Shown: positions 1-12,549 of the stretch, piece by piece | How the letters are laid out: every line of letters begins with the position of its first letter | Numbering within the stretch: the stretch's first letter is position 1 | Assembly (NCBI GenBank): GCA_905331295.1 | Contig: CAJNYD010000132.1 | Coordinates: forward strand, 1-64,000 | From: Rotaria socialis | Taxonomy: Eukaryota | Direction: 5' to 3' | Length of the DNA: 64,000 nucleotides | Program-made: the position numbers and the translations under genes | The notes under the pieces: generated by a model | Told to the model about the DNA's origin: nothing | What the model saw: only the letters and a program-made list of their open reading frames with translations | Database searches by the model: none

Positions 1-512
1 CTCACGACACTGCTTGTTTACTTTTATCATAACTTATGATCGATAAGTCAAATATTATTTTCATAGAGTAAAATGATTTCATCGTTTCGATTGAAAATGT
101 AACTGGAGAAAAGGACTATATTTAATGCGATGCGAAGCGATGATCTCAAGAACGGAATTTTGCCTGATGCTCGTTGAAACGATATTATTAAAATTAAGAT
201 CTCTATATGCTACAAATTTTATCCGATTTCTCCCGTCGAATTTGACTTGGACAAAGTAAAATATGGATCATATTTTTCAATTAGCCGATTTCATCCAGTC
301 AGACTTGGTGTTGATTTAACCATGATTAAAAAGTTGACGATTAAATTCATAACTTTTATTAGACATTGAAAATTCCTTAACCTAAAAATCAATAAATATT
401 TAATAGTCAATCATTTAATTAAAAGGCCGAATATGTTTACTTATTGATGCTGAATTGTATGAATGTAAATATCGTTGCTGTTAAAATGAGACAAAATACT
501 GGTGGTAACACC

Positions 513-640
513 ATCTAACTTCAAGGCCGACGGATGTGGAATATGTTATAGGCTTTTCGCTTTGGTCAAGTTTTCGTGAAAATGGATAATACAATCAGAT
601 AAAATCCTTCGTCTTGTTTAATTAGTGTTTATAAAATGAT
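513..640. repeat. Dispersed repeat, copy 1 (~125 bp); possible non-autonomous element 5' end
   Basis: atctaacttcaaggccgacggatgtggaatatgttataggcttttcg...gataatacaatcagataaaatccttc recurs at 7840-7962 with about 10 mismatches over the first ~98 nt (hand count). Confidence 0.85.
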
Positions 641-2773
641 CAACACTTTCATTTTCAAATTAGTATACTTAGTTTTTTTTTCTATAACGAAAATTTTAAT
701 AAAAAGATTCAGCAGAATTTGATTAAGACAATTGGCTAGGCGAAGTTTCTAGTCACTTAAATAATTGTATATTATAGAAAAAAACAAAGGAATGAAACTT
801 GCTTGAAGTGATCTAAATTGAAAAATAAAATATATCTCTACTCATAGTTTGAAATCAATGGAGTTGAAATACAGTCATAAAAACGATGTATCTAGCTTTT
901 AAAAATATGAAATACTTTCAGATTTGTTCATTAATACCCTAGGACTATCACATGAAAAGACGAAGCAAAACGTATGTAGTTCATGTTACTAATCGTCATA
1001 CTAATTCAAAGATATTGATATTTACCCATTGTCTGTTTTTCTTATTATGCAAACAGAGAAGCTAATCCAACTGAATTTTAATAAACATGTTTGTTAAAAT
1101 GTGATTCTCTAATTCTAAGTACATTTTTTTCTGTTTTGATGGCATATTGATTTTATTCAGTTCTCATTCGGGTTCTGAGGAAAGAACACGGTAATTTCAT
1201 GAAACAATCAAATATCTGTGATTTTTCTATGATAAATTAGAGTTACAGTTTATTACTCAAAATTATGTGTTACACAAATATAATTTAATTCATACATCAT
1301 AGAAAAAGTATCGTGTGACTTTATGAAGATTGTCTCTGGTGAGTGTCTCTTCTACGATTAAACACAATTAAGTATTTTCGATGTAATTTTGAGAATCAAA
1401 TGAAAACTCTGTTTTAAACTTATAATAAAACAGATTTCAATTGATTCATTCACGGCATACTTTGAAATGAAGACAAGTTGTTGCTTTTTAAATTGACTCT
1501 GGAATATTCTCCTATTTTCTTTGTGAATAAATTTCAAATTATTATCTAGGATCAAAGAATCTAACATATTTATCGTTTGGCAAATTTCTTGCACTTGCTA
1601 ACTCTAATTTATGTATCATTACAACAATTATTTGTTGATAAGTATCATTTACATAATATTCTGGGAATTGAACTCGACAAACTTAAACAGATTCGCTTAT
1701 TTAAGTTGATTATATTCATTTTTTTTACTTTTTTTTATTTAACGAGTTCTTTCAGTAAACAAAGTAAAGGTATTTTTGTCTGTGTTGGTCATGTCCTATC
1801 ATTGAATTTTTCTCCACAAAATTTATCGATTGGATGATAATGTGAAACTTTAAGCTGCTTCTACAATAATAATTCATCAGATGTATTCACATTTTAATTA
1901 AATTAGATATTATTAAGCATGCCTTTTTTCGTTTTACTTCGAAAGTACGATCAGACGTTATCTTTAGGAAAGAAAACAAATTACTTTTTGAGTATAAAAT
2001 AATTTGATACCACTGGTTTTGTTCAAGACATTCTGTAAATTCTATTATATCCCGTGGTGAAAAATAAATGTTACATTAACGATGTTTACATGAAAATTAA
2101 CAAAGTTGCCTTCGACCTAAACATATAGAATTTCATGAAACAAACCGCTCAATTTTATTAACTAAAAAAAGAAGTAGAAAGATGGTATTTATTTTATCAT
2201 AAATATCAGTAGTGACTAACAATTGAGTTAAGTTGAGCACCTCATGATTCATTGATCGTTTCGTAGTGTAGACTAAGAAAAAATACAATTGGAAAAGGTA
2301 AAACAATTTCAAATGTTTTGCCCGCAGTAATAATAAAAATAGTTAATCAATGAAAAGTTTCATCAATATCATCTTCTTGCATAAATATAAATTTTATGTA
2401 TTCGTTTGCGAGAGTTAGAGTCATTTTTGATTCAAAAAAATGAAGTTCAGTCAAACTATGAAAACATCGGATTAGATACAATATAAAATACAAGAACTGA
2501 TATTTTCATTATGTTCTGATTTTTCGAATAGTACAGTCGTGAATTAGAAACTACTATATTTTGTAAGAAGCTAAGCTAGTAGCACTTCACCCAGTCAAAA
2601 GTAATAATAAATACAAAATCAACAGAATCGATTCCTATTGAATAGATTAGAATTAAATGAAAAAGTTTTGTAAAGCCGAAAAAACCAGTTTAAAATCTGA
2701 GCAAACGACTGTTATTATGTCGACTATTTCATAGTAGCCGTGAAGTTAGTTTGTCTTGTAAATAAATATTGAT

Positions 2774-3609
2774 TTAAAGTAACTGATTTTGATCATCTGT
2801 CATATGCTCATTGACGTGTTGATTCCGATCATGACGATTCATGTTTGTTGAAAATAACATAAAACATATAGGACATTTTTCATTAGAATTATCATCCTTG
2901 TTTAGTTTGTTATTTGAAGTGAAATCATTGTGGGTTGGTTGTTTATCTTCTTCTTTATCTTGCATCTCAAATGTTTGTCGATTACTAAAAACAATATTAA
3001 AAGTATTATAACAAGGCAATGTTACAATGCGCAGACACACTTTATTTGATTTGAATTCGAAGTTGTTGAGTTATGTGATAAACTCGCTTTAGAATCATCT
3101 TTATTTTCTGTTTTCTTAGCTTCATTCTTGGCAAGCCGTCGTCGACGTCTGTGATCGTTTCGTGCATTCAGATCCATCTTTTCTAATCGTTGCATTTCTT
3201 CTTGATCTTCTATGGTGACCACTTGTGGATACTCCACTTCACGTTGAACAAATTGCAATATTGCAACTTGAAACTTTAACGATTGACATGCATCGCCTAA
3301 CTCTTTAAAAAGTTCTCCATGTTGTGCACCATGGTACGTATTGGCTATTTCAACGGTTTCTTTGTATTTTTCATCAAAAACGGGTCGTAGACGATCGTAT
3401 TCATTGATAATAAGAACTTTTTGTTCTTCCGCGTGCTTTTCGATTCGTTCATTCCAATCATGATGCCATTGATTTATACTATCAATAGATTTTTGTCGTT
3501 CAGTATTCAAAATTTTCCAATGTTGATAGAATATTTTATCAATTTTATTTACATAAGCATTGGCATTTGGTAACCAAGAGCAAGGTGGAGTGATGAAAGT
3601 GCTCGTCAT
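2774..3609 (-). CDS. Coiled-coil protein with C-terminal UBZ1-type zinc finger (paralog 1), ~259 aa
   Basis: Exons 3609-3041 and 2984-2774; 56-nt GT-AG phase-2 intron (2985-3040) joins the ORFs in frame. C-terminal KCPICFMLFSTNMNRHDRNQHVNEH has the C-x2-C...H-x3-H spacing of TAX1BP1/NDP52-type fingers. Confidence 0.8.
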
Positions 3610-4294
3610 GTTGTGAAAAATCTGATAAAAATTGTTTTCGTAAATATAATCTCAAATAAACCTATTCGACTTTTTGTAATTACAATAAATGCATTGCTAG
3701 TCAGAAACGTTGTTCTTCAGTTATTTATTCATATAGCAAGAGAAATTTACTTGAATGAATAAGAGAAAGTTGGAAAAAAATGCACTCTATCAAAATATTT
3801 GTTGACAAGCAAACACGTTATAAGAGCAGACATGAAAATTATCGGTACGCTTTTTTTTACCTGTAGTCATTGTAAAACAAGTTTTCTTTTCTCTAACTGG
3901 CAGATGGCAAACAGTACCTTGAGTGTTTGTTTTTGAGCATATAGAAAATTTTCATCGAGACAAAACACAAACACAAAAATGAAAATCATGAAAAAAGAAT
4001 CTGAACAATTGTCAATTTCACCTTTCACGGAATTAAAGATCACCAATACTTTATGTTAGAGTAAATTTTGCATGGAAAACAAATCGGATACCTGAAAACA
4101 TGAAGCTCAATATTCGTCCACATAAATAAATATGCATACATTGAATAACAAGATAGCATTAGCAAAGTTTCTTTTTCACGACAACAATCTTCACATGTAT
4201 AGAAAAAAAATCCATTATACTTCTGGTAATTACACAAAGAAATACCAATAGAGAATTTATCCCTTCAATGATGAAAAAAGTATGCATTTTGATA

Positions 4295-5148
4295 TCAAAA
4301 CTTGACGAGTTCAGTATTATTACTATCTACCATATGTTGATCGATATGCTCATACCGGCTTTGACGTGTCATATTGGTCGAAAATATCATAAAACATATA
4401 GGGCATCTGTTATTTGCATCATCATCATCGTTTGTAGTCGTTGTAACTAACATATTGTTACCGTTCATGGTCGTATCATACGCACTCGAGGATGAAGTCG
4501 CCAGTTGTTCTTCACTGGAAAAAGAAAGAATGGCAATCATGACACAGTATGAGATTTGAATGTGTAACTTTACCGTATTCCGTTTGGAATGGATGGAATT
4601 GAATTAATAAATGCGCTAGAAGTATTATTTTCATCGCGTTTTCTCATCTGAATATTTTCGTCAGTTGGTCGTCGTTGATGATTTTCGCATTCAAGCGTTG
4701 GCGTCATGTTTGCATGGAGCTTATTTCTTTCTGAGTAATTTTCAACTGGTGCCACTTGTGGACGTGGTTGTTGTTGTTGTTCATCAAGAATATATTTTAA
4801 TTCTGCCACTTGAAACTTCAACAATCGACATGTATCACGCATACCATTGAATACATCTTTCTGTTTTGAGTTATGATATGCCTTAGCTAGGTTCAAATAA
4901 TTTTCACGTTCCTGATTGAAAATAATTCGTTGATTATTGTAATGCATATTGAGAATACGAATTTGTGTATCTGCATACATTCCGATTTTGCGAATATTTT
5001 CAGAACGCCAACTATTAATCGCGCCAATCGCTTCGTCGGCGTATTTCTTCAATTCTTCCCAATGGCTATAGAATATCTCACGTATTTCATTCTCTTCTTT
5101 ACTACTCCTATAGCTATGTCGATTTGGCTCATCAAAAATATTGCTCAT
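4295..5148 (-). CDS. Coiled-coil protein with C-terminal UBZ1-type zinc finger (paralog 2), ~264 aa
   Basis: Exons 5148-4574 and 4514-4295; 59-nt phase-2 intron. Shares FYxHW, INxW, FQVA motifs with paralog 1; finger RCPICFMIFSTNMTRQSRYEHIDQH. Confidence 0.8.
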
Positions 5149-6364
5149 AATTTACGGAAATCTACAATATGATAAATAGATGTATTAACTATGATTAAGA
5201 TACGATGTTAGAAGAAATCGGAAATAAATTTAGATATTTTTCCCACACTAATCATTTTTATTTATCAAATTCTTTGTTTGGATATTTTTACTTCTGAAAT
5301 AAGCAAAGGAAAGAAAAATCTAACATGAAAAATAAAAAAAACAGAACGTAAAGAAATTTCACTAACATAAACAATGAGTAGACAAGAAAACATTAGGAAG
5401 AAAACTTTCATTTCAGTCATTTTTTCGACTAACGTAATTCAAGTACTATCAAGTATATTTGCACATGAAAATGAACATGCAAAATTCAAACGTACGTCCG
5501 TAGATTCTCGCTGCCTGAGTAGTCAAGCGCAAGATGATAGGAAAGTAAAACACGAATGTTTCAACCAGTCAAATGACTTTTATCGAAAAGATCAACAGAA
5601 AACAAAATCTTTCCTATAGATGCCTCGTTTTCGAGCCATCATGCTTATTAAATAAATGTAGATGAGTAGATTTGTCGAACATCTAAAACTAAATATGAAA
5701 TGGTTTTCTTCTATGACAGTGATATTTTCAGGTTTTTCAAACATGCGAAAGGAACAATTTGATATGTCTGTGTTTTTCATGACTTAATATTCAATAGATT
5801 TTTGGCTGCTTTGTAATAAAAAAACAAACATAAGATGAGTAATTATAAACCACTCCACTGAAGTAACAGTGTAAAGGTGATATTTGTAAATCATTTTCCT
5901 AAGAAGTTTCATAAAATTAAAATTCACCTGACTGTTTGAAAATGTTAATTCTGTCAGACTTGCCATCGTCCAAGCACTCATTATAAATGCGTATCTAATG
6001 GAAGATAGAACTTGTGCACATGCACAAATATTTTCTAGACACTGTGTTTAGTATACTGTTTCATTTTAGAAAGTTATCACTCAAATCTTCAAAAAGCAAA
6101 TGGCTAGATGTTGAATGTTTACATAAGCGCTGCTTTATATGATTATCAGCGACCTATCTTCGTCTGCGGATACATTCTAGAGTAGCTGTGACAAATGATT
6201 CTGCTTAGTTTAAAAAAATGCTTGTTGGAAAATTCAAGAACATCCTTTAATCATGGAGGTTTATAAACACACTGGCTATTTTTTACAACAAGATAACAGA
6301 ATGTCATCGAAGAATAGCATTGTGTTTTTTAGATACAGTTCCTAATATAGATATTAGAAAGAGA

Positions 6365-7371
6365 CTATCCAGATTGTGCACTATTCGATTGCCAAATAAT
6401 TATTCCGGAACTGTTAGTCCATATCAAATTGCCTGAATCAAGTATTGAGAAACAAAATGGAAGGCCAATACCACCATTATTGATAAAAGGTGTCCATACA
6501 TAGCCACTAGGAAGCGTATAAACAACAAGATTACGATCTGTTTGTAACGCAAGGTAGCATGTACCGGATGTTGATGTTTGGCTAGCTGTCCAGATTGCTG
6601 TCGAAGTGACGTTATCATAGCCATACGCTTTGTATATCCCAAATTGGTTGTTTAACATTCCAGCTGCATAGATTTCGGAGGTAGGTGAATAGATAAAATC
6701 ATTGTTATACAGTAATGCACTGGCAGTACTAACGCAAATAGATGATGGTGGAGCTGGAAAAAAAGAAAAGTTTTGTTAGAGATACGTCATTGAGATTGAA
6801 ATGTGAAACTCGTTTATCTAAATGAATTTGTTTCAACATTTTATTCAAAAAACTAATGTCGCGCATTCGCTAACAAAGTATATCAACTGCATGGCGTATG
6901 TTCTAAATATCGAACAACATATCTTTCGAAAATGATTTAAATTTTTCAACTGTTATTCATCGTTTCGACAATTGTGTTTTGAAGGTGAATTATTCAATCA
7001 TGATTCATATGCCTCAGTAGGTTTTATTATACATGAATACATCTCTATGTTTCTATTGTCATGTATTCAGAAATTTTCTTGCTATTCCGATAGGTATATT
7101 TCTATGATGGTGGTTGTCATACATTCGATCTGTAACGAGTTACTCAAAAATAGTCCCACAGGAAAATGCCCAATTTAACAAAATCAACGAATATTATTAC
7201 CTGTGGTAGTTGACGTTGTTACAGTCGTTGTCGTAGTGGTCGTGGAGGTGGTTGATGTTGTGGTTGTCGTTGTTGTGGTCGTCGTGGTCGTTGTTGTGGT
7301 AGTGGTTGTGGTTGTTGTGGCCGTTGTGGCCGTTGTCGTTGTGGATGTTGTTGTTATCGCGCCGCTCTCAG
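6365..7371 (-). CDS. Thr-rich (mucin-like) stalk + bulb/GNA-type mannose-binding lectin domain; 5' end unresolved
   Basis: Exon 7371-7201 is (ACN)n poly-Thr; intron 7200-6754 (GT..AG, phase 1); exon 6753-6365 reads PPSSICVSTASALLYNNDFIYSP...AIWTA...YLALQTDRNLVVY...VW...LDSGNLIW...IIWQSN. QTDRNLVVY matches the QxDxNxVxY mannose site. Confidence 0.75.
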
Positions 7372-7839
7372 CTGTAATTTATGTTTTCGTCAGTAATTTT
7401 ATGAAGATAGTTGATATAAATCATATATAATTTAAAAGGGGATTGTGATTTTAAATGTAAACGGTACGTTTAGATTCGGATCAAAGGAGCTGAATAGTAT
7501 TATTCATATACTTGTGAAAAATATTGATGTCAATGTTTCTGTGTTTGTCGAGATTGCTTGTTCAATAAATTAAATATATTAGATCAACATGAGCAACGAT
7601 TTCACTGGCGAACAATTATTGTTGGAGAAAAACAACTACAATCTATTAGACATTTTTCCCTTTGTAATATCTACTTCTACTCTTGTTATTATGCAGTCGA
7701 GTAGGATGTATGAATTCTAAATTTGGACTAATCGAATCATCATATGTTCGTTAGTTTATCTGCTGCTGATGTACTTATGTATAGCACACAACGATGCTAA
7801 ATCTGTTTATTTTTCATCGTCAGTATGCTTTCTGTGACT

Positions 7840-7962
7840 ATCTAATTTCAAGGCCAACGGGTGTGGAATATGTTATAGGCTTTTCGTGGTTGTCAAGTTT
7901 TCGTGACAATGGATAATGCAATCAGATAAAAACCTTCATATTTGCTTACTGTTTATAAATGA
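7840..7962. repeat. Dispersed repeat, copy 2
   Basis: Same-orientation copy of 513-640; followed by an ambiguous base (n at 7963). Confidence 0.85.
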
Positions 7963-7981
7963 NTTAACAATTCTAAATCAG

Positions 7982-10030
7982 TTAATCAAAATTAGATTTA
8001 GATAAAAAAAAAGAAATAACTAAATTATTGCGTTTCCTACTTTTCTTTTCTTGATCTTCATTGTTTTTTTGAATACGATTGTCAAATTGAAAGTCATCTC
8101 GCGACGACTTATCGGGTAGACTAAATCGTGTATCGGATTCGTCGCTTAGTGGTGTAACTTTATTTTTAATTGAAGTCGACGACAAAAGATCTTGTCGTGA
8201 TATCCGATACGCCTGCAATCGAATATCGAAATATATCAGAATGTGTATGAGAAAAGTTTCTTTAGAAATTCAACGATACTGTAAACATTTTCTAACTACA
8301 GTGATTCAAATTTCAAAATGGATTTTATATCAGTAAGTTAAAATGTTAATGAACTTACGAAACTTATGTTCATCATCACGAGTAACAAGAAACATTAGAA
8401 CTGACATGCACATCCATCATTGATCGATGGATCATATATGCAGGCAAGGAGGAAAACAATGAGATCAAATATAGAGCGACCTTTAGGCTTCGTTTCTAAC
8501 ACAGTAAAATATGACAAGTTTTTAAAACTATCTATAGACGATTCATTTCTAATTAGAAAACGTATAAGTATGTTACTACTAAATGAAACTTTAAAACGAC
8601 TATTGTATAATAGATTTTTTTTGAAGCACTTTAATAGCGATTCGACTGATATCTCGAATGAGTGTGTTTCTGTGTGTATCGAAGCAAACAATTTTTGATT
8701 AGACTTTCAGATGAATGTAAGTTTAAAACAGAGCACCTATTTGATTTCTTATTAATTTGATTAAAAAATCAGTAAACTGACCACGAACTAGTAAGATACT
8801 AGTTGATGATGTCATTATGTATCCATCAAAACGTAATTTAATAAGTCGTATCCAACAACGTTTCATATTCTATTCCATGACTTCTTCGCTAAACTTAATG
8901 TATTGGAATTTTACCAAATAAACTGTAAATTGTACTCTGGTTTACAAATAATTAGCGCCCCTTATTTCGGATTGAATGCATAACATCAGACTTTACCTAC
9001 ATACGATTAGATTTCAGCAACAATGATCAAAATTAGTTAGTATATGAACATAGTTTTATCCATGTTTTCTATCTTTGAAATAGTTCAATACTGTGTTGTT
9101 GAAAGCAGTAGGATTATAATTTTTTAAATAATCTTCACTACATTCATAAACTCAGGCATGACTTTACGGATAGTCTTTTACACAGTCAGGCATGTTGAAT
9201 TTTATTCAAAAACATCGGTTACCTGACTTGCTCTATTTTGACGGTTTAGTTTTTGACTTGATCTTTTCACATGAACTGATTCCCGTAACATCTTGGTCTG
9301 TTCATTTGATGTGCTGTTGAACGATCCATTTTTAAATGATACTGGTTTTATGTCTGATTGACTCACTTCTTGTCTGGCATTTTTAGTGCTATTCAACGGA
9401 CTTAGATTGCTTTTCTGATGTTTCAATGATGGAGCACTTTTCTTTGATTGGCTCGCTACTTTAATTATTCGTTGCAGTCCGGTCGATGAATGTCTTATTA
9501 TTTCGACGTGCGAAACTACTTTCTTTCGCTATTTAAATAAAGATGCCTAATCATATAGTTTAGTGCATTTTCATTAGATACATACCCCCATTGACTGTGT
9601 ATCGATAGGATTTACTATGATTTCGCACTGTTTCAATGCCGTAGTTCACAAATTTTAACTGTGCTCGAGCTCTCCGGCGGAATAAATTTCCTATGTGCGA
9701 GTGCAAACTATAATGAAAGTTCGAAATGCATAGATGAAAAAAATAATCAAATAACAAAGAAGCCTCGTTTTTAATAACTTGCTGGAAAGAAAAAGAAAGG
9801 CCGATGATCAAATGGAAATATGTTACATTTTCATCCTATGATAGAAATGAGAGAATGATGGATATCCGTCACATCTCAGTAATGAGAGCCATTGATGTAG
9901 ACGCAATTTTTAATTTGGTGGAACCGAGTGTATATGGATTCAACGACTTCTATGCAAATTCTTCGTATATAGTACCATTAAACAATTCATTTGAACATCA
10001 ATGCCAATGTGTACCTGCAAAGACTTCAAT
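7982..10030 (-). pseudogene. Possible decayed gene or transposon coding remnant
   Basis: Chain of protein-like minus-strand ORF pieces (9811-9560, 9426-9202, 8691-8395, 8218-7982) and a stop-interrupted frame near 10030-9860 (IEVFAGTHWH*CSNELFNGTIYEEFA*...). No family recognised. Confidence 0.3.
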
Positions 10031-11396
10031 TTAATTCTTCTTAGAGCTGAACAAATCGTATCGAAAGCATTCCAAATCGACCATAGAAACAAAAGCTATC
10101 TGAGTGTGTTGGCTTATCTGTCTAAAATTGTAGAATTAAAACAATGATTAACTTGCACACTTTCGGTAAAGATTAGACACTCATTTATTCCTACTAATCC
10201 ACACGCGAAAAAAAAGGAAACAGATATTTTGTTTTTCGATTAAATTTTCATCCGAACAAATTGAATTTCTATGGCCAAAGCAATCAAAAATGGGTTTTTT
10301 TCTTGTATTCAAACTGAATTCCAATGCAAAGTATTAATTATTTCAAAAATTTGCATATTTTTCCTCTAGATTAAAATAATTAAATACAATAATACTGACT
10401 TGCATCAAGCTTTGTGTAATCCATCGGATCGAGCTGAATTCTTACTTGTTCCACTTTATTTTTCTATGAGTTTGCTTAACGAATCCCAAGCTGTATTTTA
10501 TCAAAGAACGTACAAAATAATCTGCGTATATAGAAGGGCTGTCATCGAAATACAATCAGAATGAAAGATAACGAGAAGCAAAACTAAATTTAAGTATCTT
10601 TCAAACGAGAATATTTATTAGAGTATGTGTCTATGTCTCTCGTTTTGGTTTTTCGTAATACATAAGCAACAAAATCAAAGAATCTTTTCTATGATTACCA
10701 TGTTGTAATTGATTTTAATGACTCGACAGATGAGATTAAAGTCGAGAAGTATAACAAAGAATATTCACAAGTAACACAATGCCAGCCAGTAGGCTCAAAG
10801 GGTGCCATTTTTCTCAAATAATTTCTTCTATTTTATCATCAGCTATAAATACTAAGAAATGCATCTGGTCAAATATTGTTTCTAATACTTGTTCTAGACA
10901 TTGAATACAAACAAGGGATCTGTACGTGCTTCTTGTTATAAAATCACATTTTTACATTGAGGTACAAGCGACATATTCTAAACAGGTTCGAGATCTGTTA
11001 TTTGATCCATATCACATGTACTATCTCACATGACGTCATTGTTGTGAATTTTTCTACGTACTGAATCTTGTCGAAAAAATATGACACGAAACTATACTAG
11101 ATATGAAACATAATTGAGGATTTTAACAGTAAAAATCACACTTTTCATTCAATTTTTTTGAAGAATAAAGCTTAGCAAATTGTATTCATTACAGAAACGC
11201 CAACAAATGATCTAGTCAATCTAGATTACATACCTGTACTATGGAATGTTACAATTTCATCTCACCAGTACATATCATTTAAATATACATGTTAAATATA
11301 GAAATTTCTTGTTTTGTATGCGAATCTTTATTCTCTGCAATAAAAATAATATTTTAAAATTCAAGTTTTAGATTAACATTTTATTGTTCGCCGCTT

Positions 11397-12219
11397 TTAA
11401 TCATCTGTACAGTGTTCATTGGTATGTCGAGAACGGTCATCATGTTTCATTTTAATTGGAAATATCATACAACATATTGGACATTTGTTGATCGAATCAT
11501 CGCTATTTAGAATGTTTTCTGTTGACTTATTGCTATCATTGATTGCTTGACTATCGATATTTGAAGATTCCGGTGTTAATGAATGTGAACTTCATAAAGA
11601 CGAAGATCATCATAAGAAAAAAATAAAATCACAAAACAAACTTGTATATTAAAACTTACGCAGTCTCAATTGTAATCGATGATGCCAATTTAATGTGCTG
11701 ATCTCTACTCTCTCCAGTATGGTCATTTATATCATTAGTGTGTTCAATTATCGGCTTGTTCTGATCATTGTCAGACTTCGTCGTATCAATCTTCTCGAGC
11801 TTATTTCTTTCGATTTGTTCGGAAATAGTTATTACTTTAATAACTTGCAGTGTAGTATTGATAGATTCAAGCTGTGCTACTTGAAATTCTATCGATTGAC
11901 ATGCATTGCGTAGTTCAGTAAATAAAACGACACTTTGGATACCACAATAGGCACGTGTTGTGTCAAGATTTTCTTCACGTTTCACATCAAGACTGATTCG
12001 CTGGCGTTCATAATCTTCTGCTAGAACACGTATTTGTTCATTTGCATAATTATTGATCTCATCGAGCAATCTTTGACGCCATGCATTTATTTCGCTAACA
12101 CCAGCCATTAGACGATCTTTCAGTTTCTCCCAATGATTGTAGAATATCAGTCGAATTTCGTTTTCTGCATTAGTACTATCAGATAACCAACGGCAAGGTT
12201 CATTTAAATTGATATTCAT
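11397..12219 (-). CDS. Coiled-coil protein with C-terminal UBZ1-type zinc finger (paralog 3), ~250 aa
   Basis: Exons 12219-11660 and 11589-11397; 70-nt phase-2 intron (GTAAGT..AAG). Exon 2 is absent from the ORF track and ends ...NKCPICCMIFPIKMKHDDRSRHTNEHCTDD*. Confidence 0.8.
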
Positions 12220-12549
12220 AATGTAACAACTATCTATAATATCCCGTGAAATTTATCATTAATCAATGTATAATATGATGGATCACCACCTCTGAGAAAT
12301 TTCAATCATGTTTTAAAGTTCAATATATTTTTAGTTCATAGTACTTATATTCTTCATTCATAGTTATTTATGAATTTGATGCACAGAAAGAAGAAGAAGA
12401 AGAAGAAGAAAAAGGAACTTGAACGGTAAAAATAACTGGAAAGAAATTGATTCTTTTAAATATTGTGTTGCCGAGCAAATAAGTGAAAGAACAGAGAATA
12501 GCTACTTCGACAACATTTTTTATTTCTTCATTTAAACATACATACAACA

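Noticed and set aside
1..2770. Short ORFs 1358-1594 and 1577-1837
   Set aside because: Composition typical of random AT-rich DNA; no motifs or splice support.
7203..7430. Poly-Val ORF on + strand
   Set aside because: Antisense shadow of the poly-Thr lectin exon.
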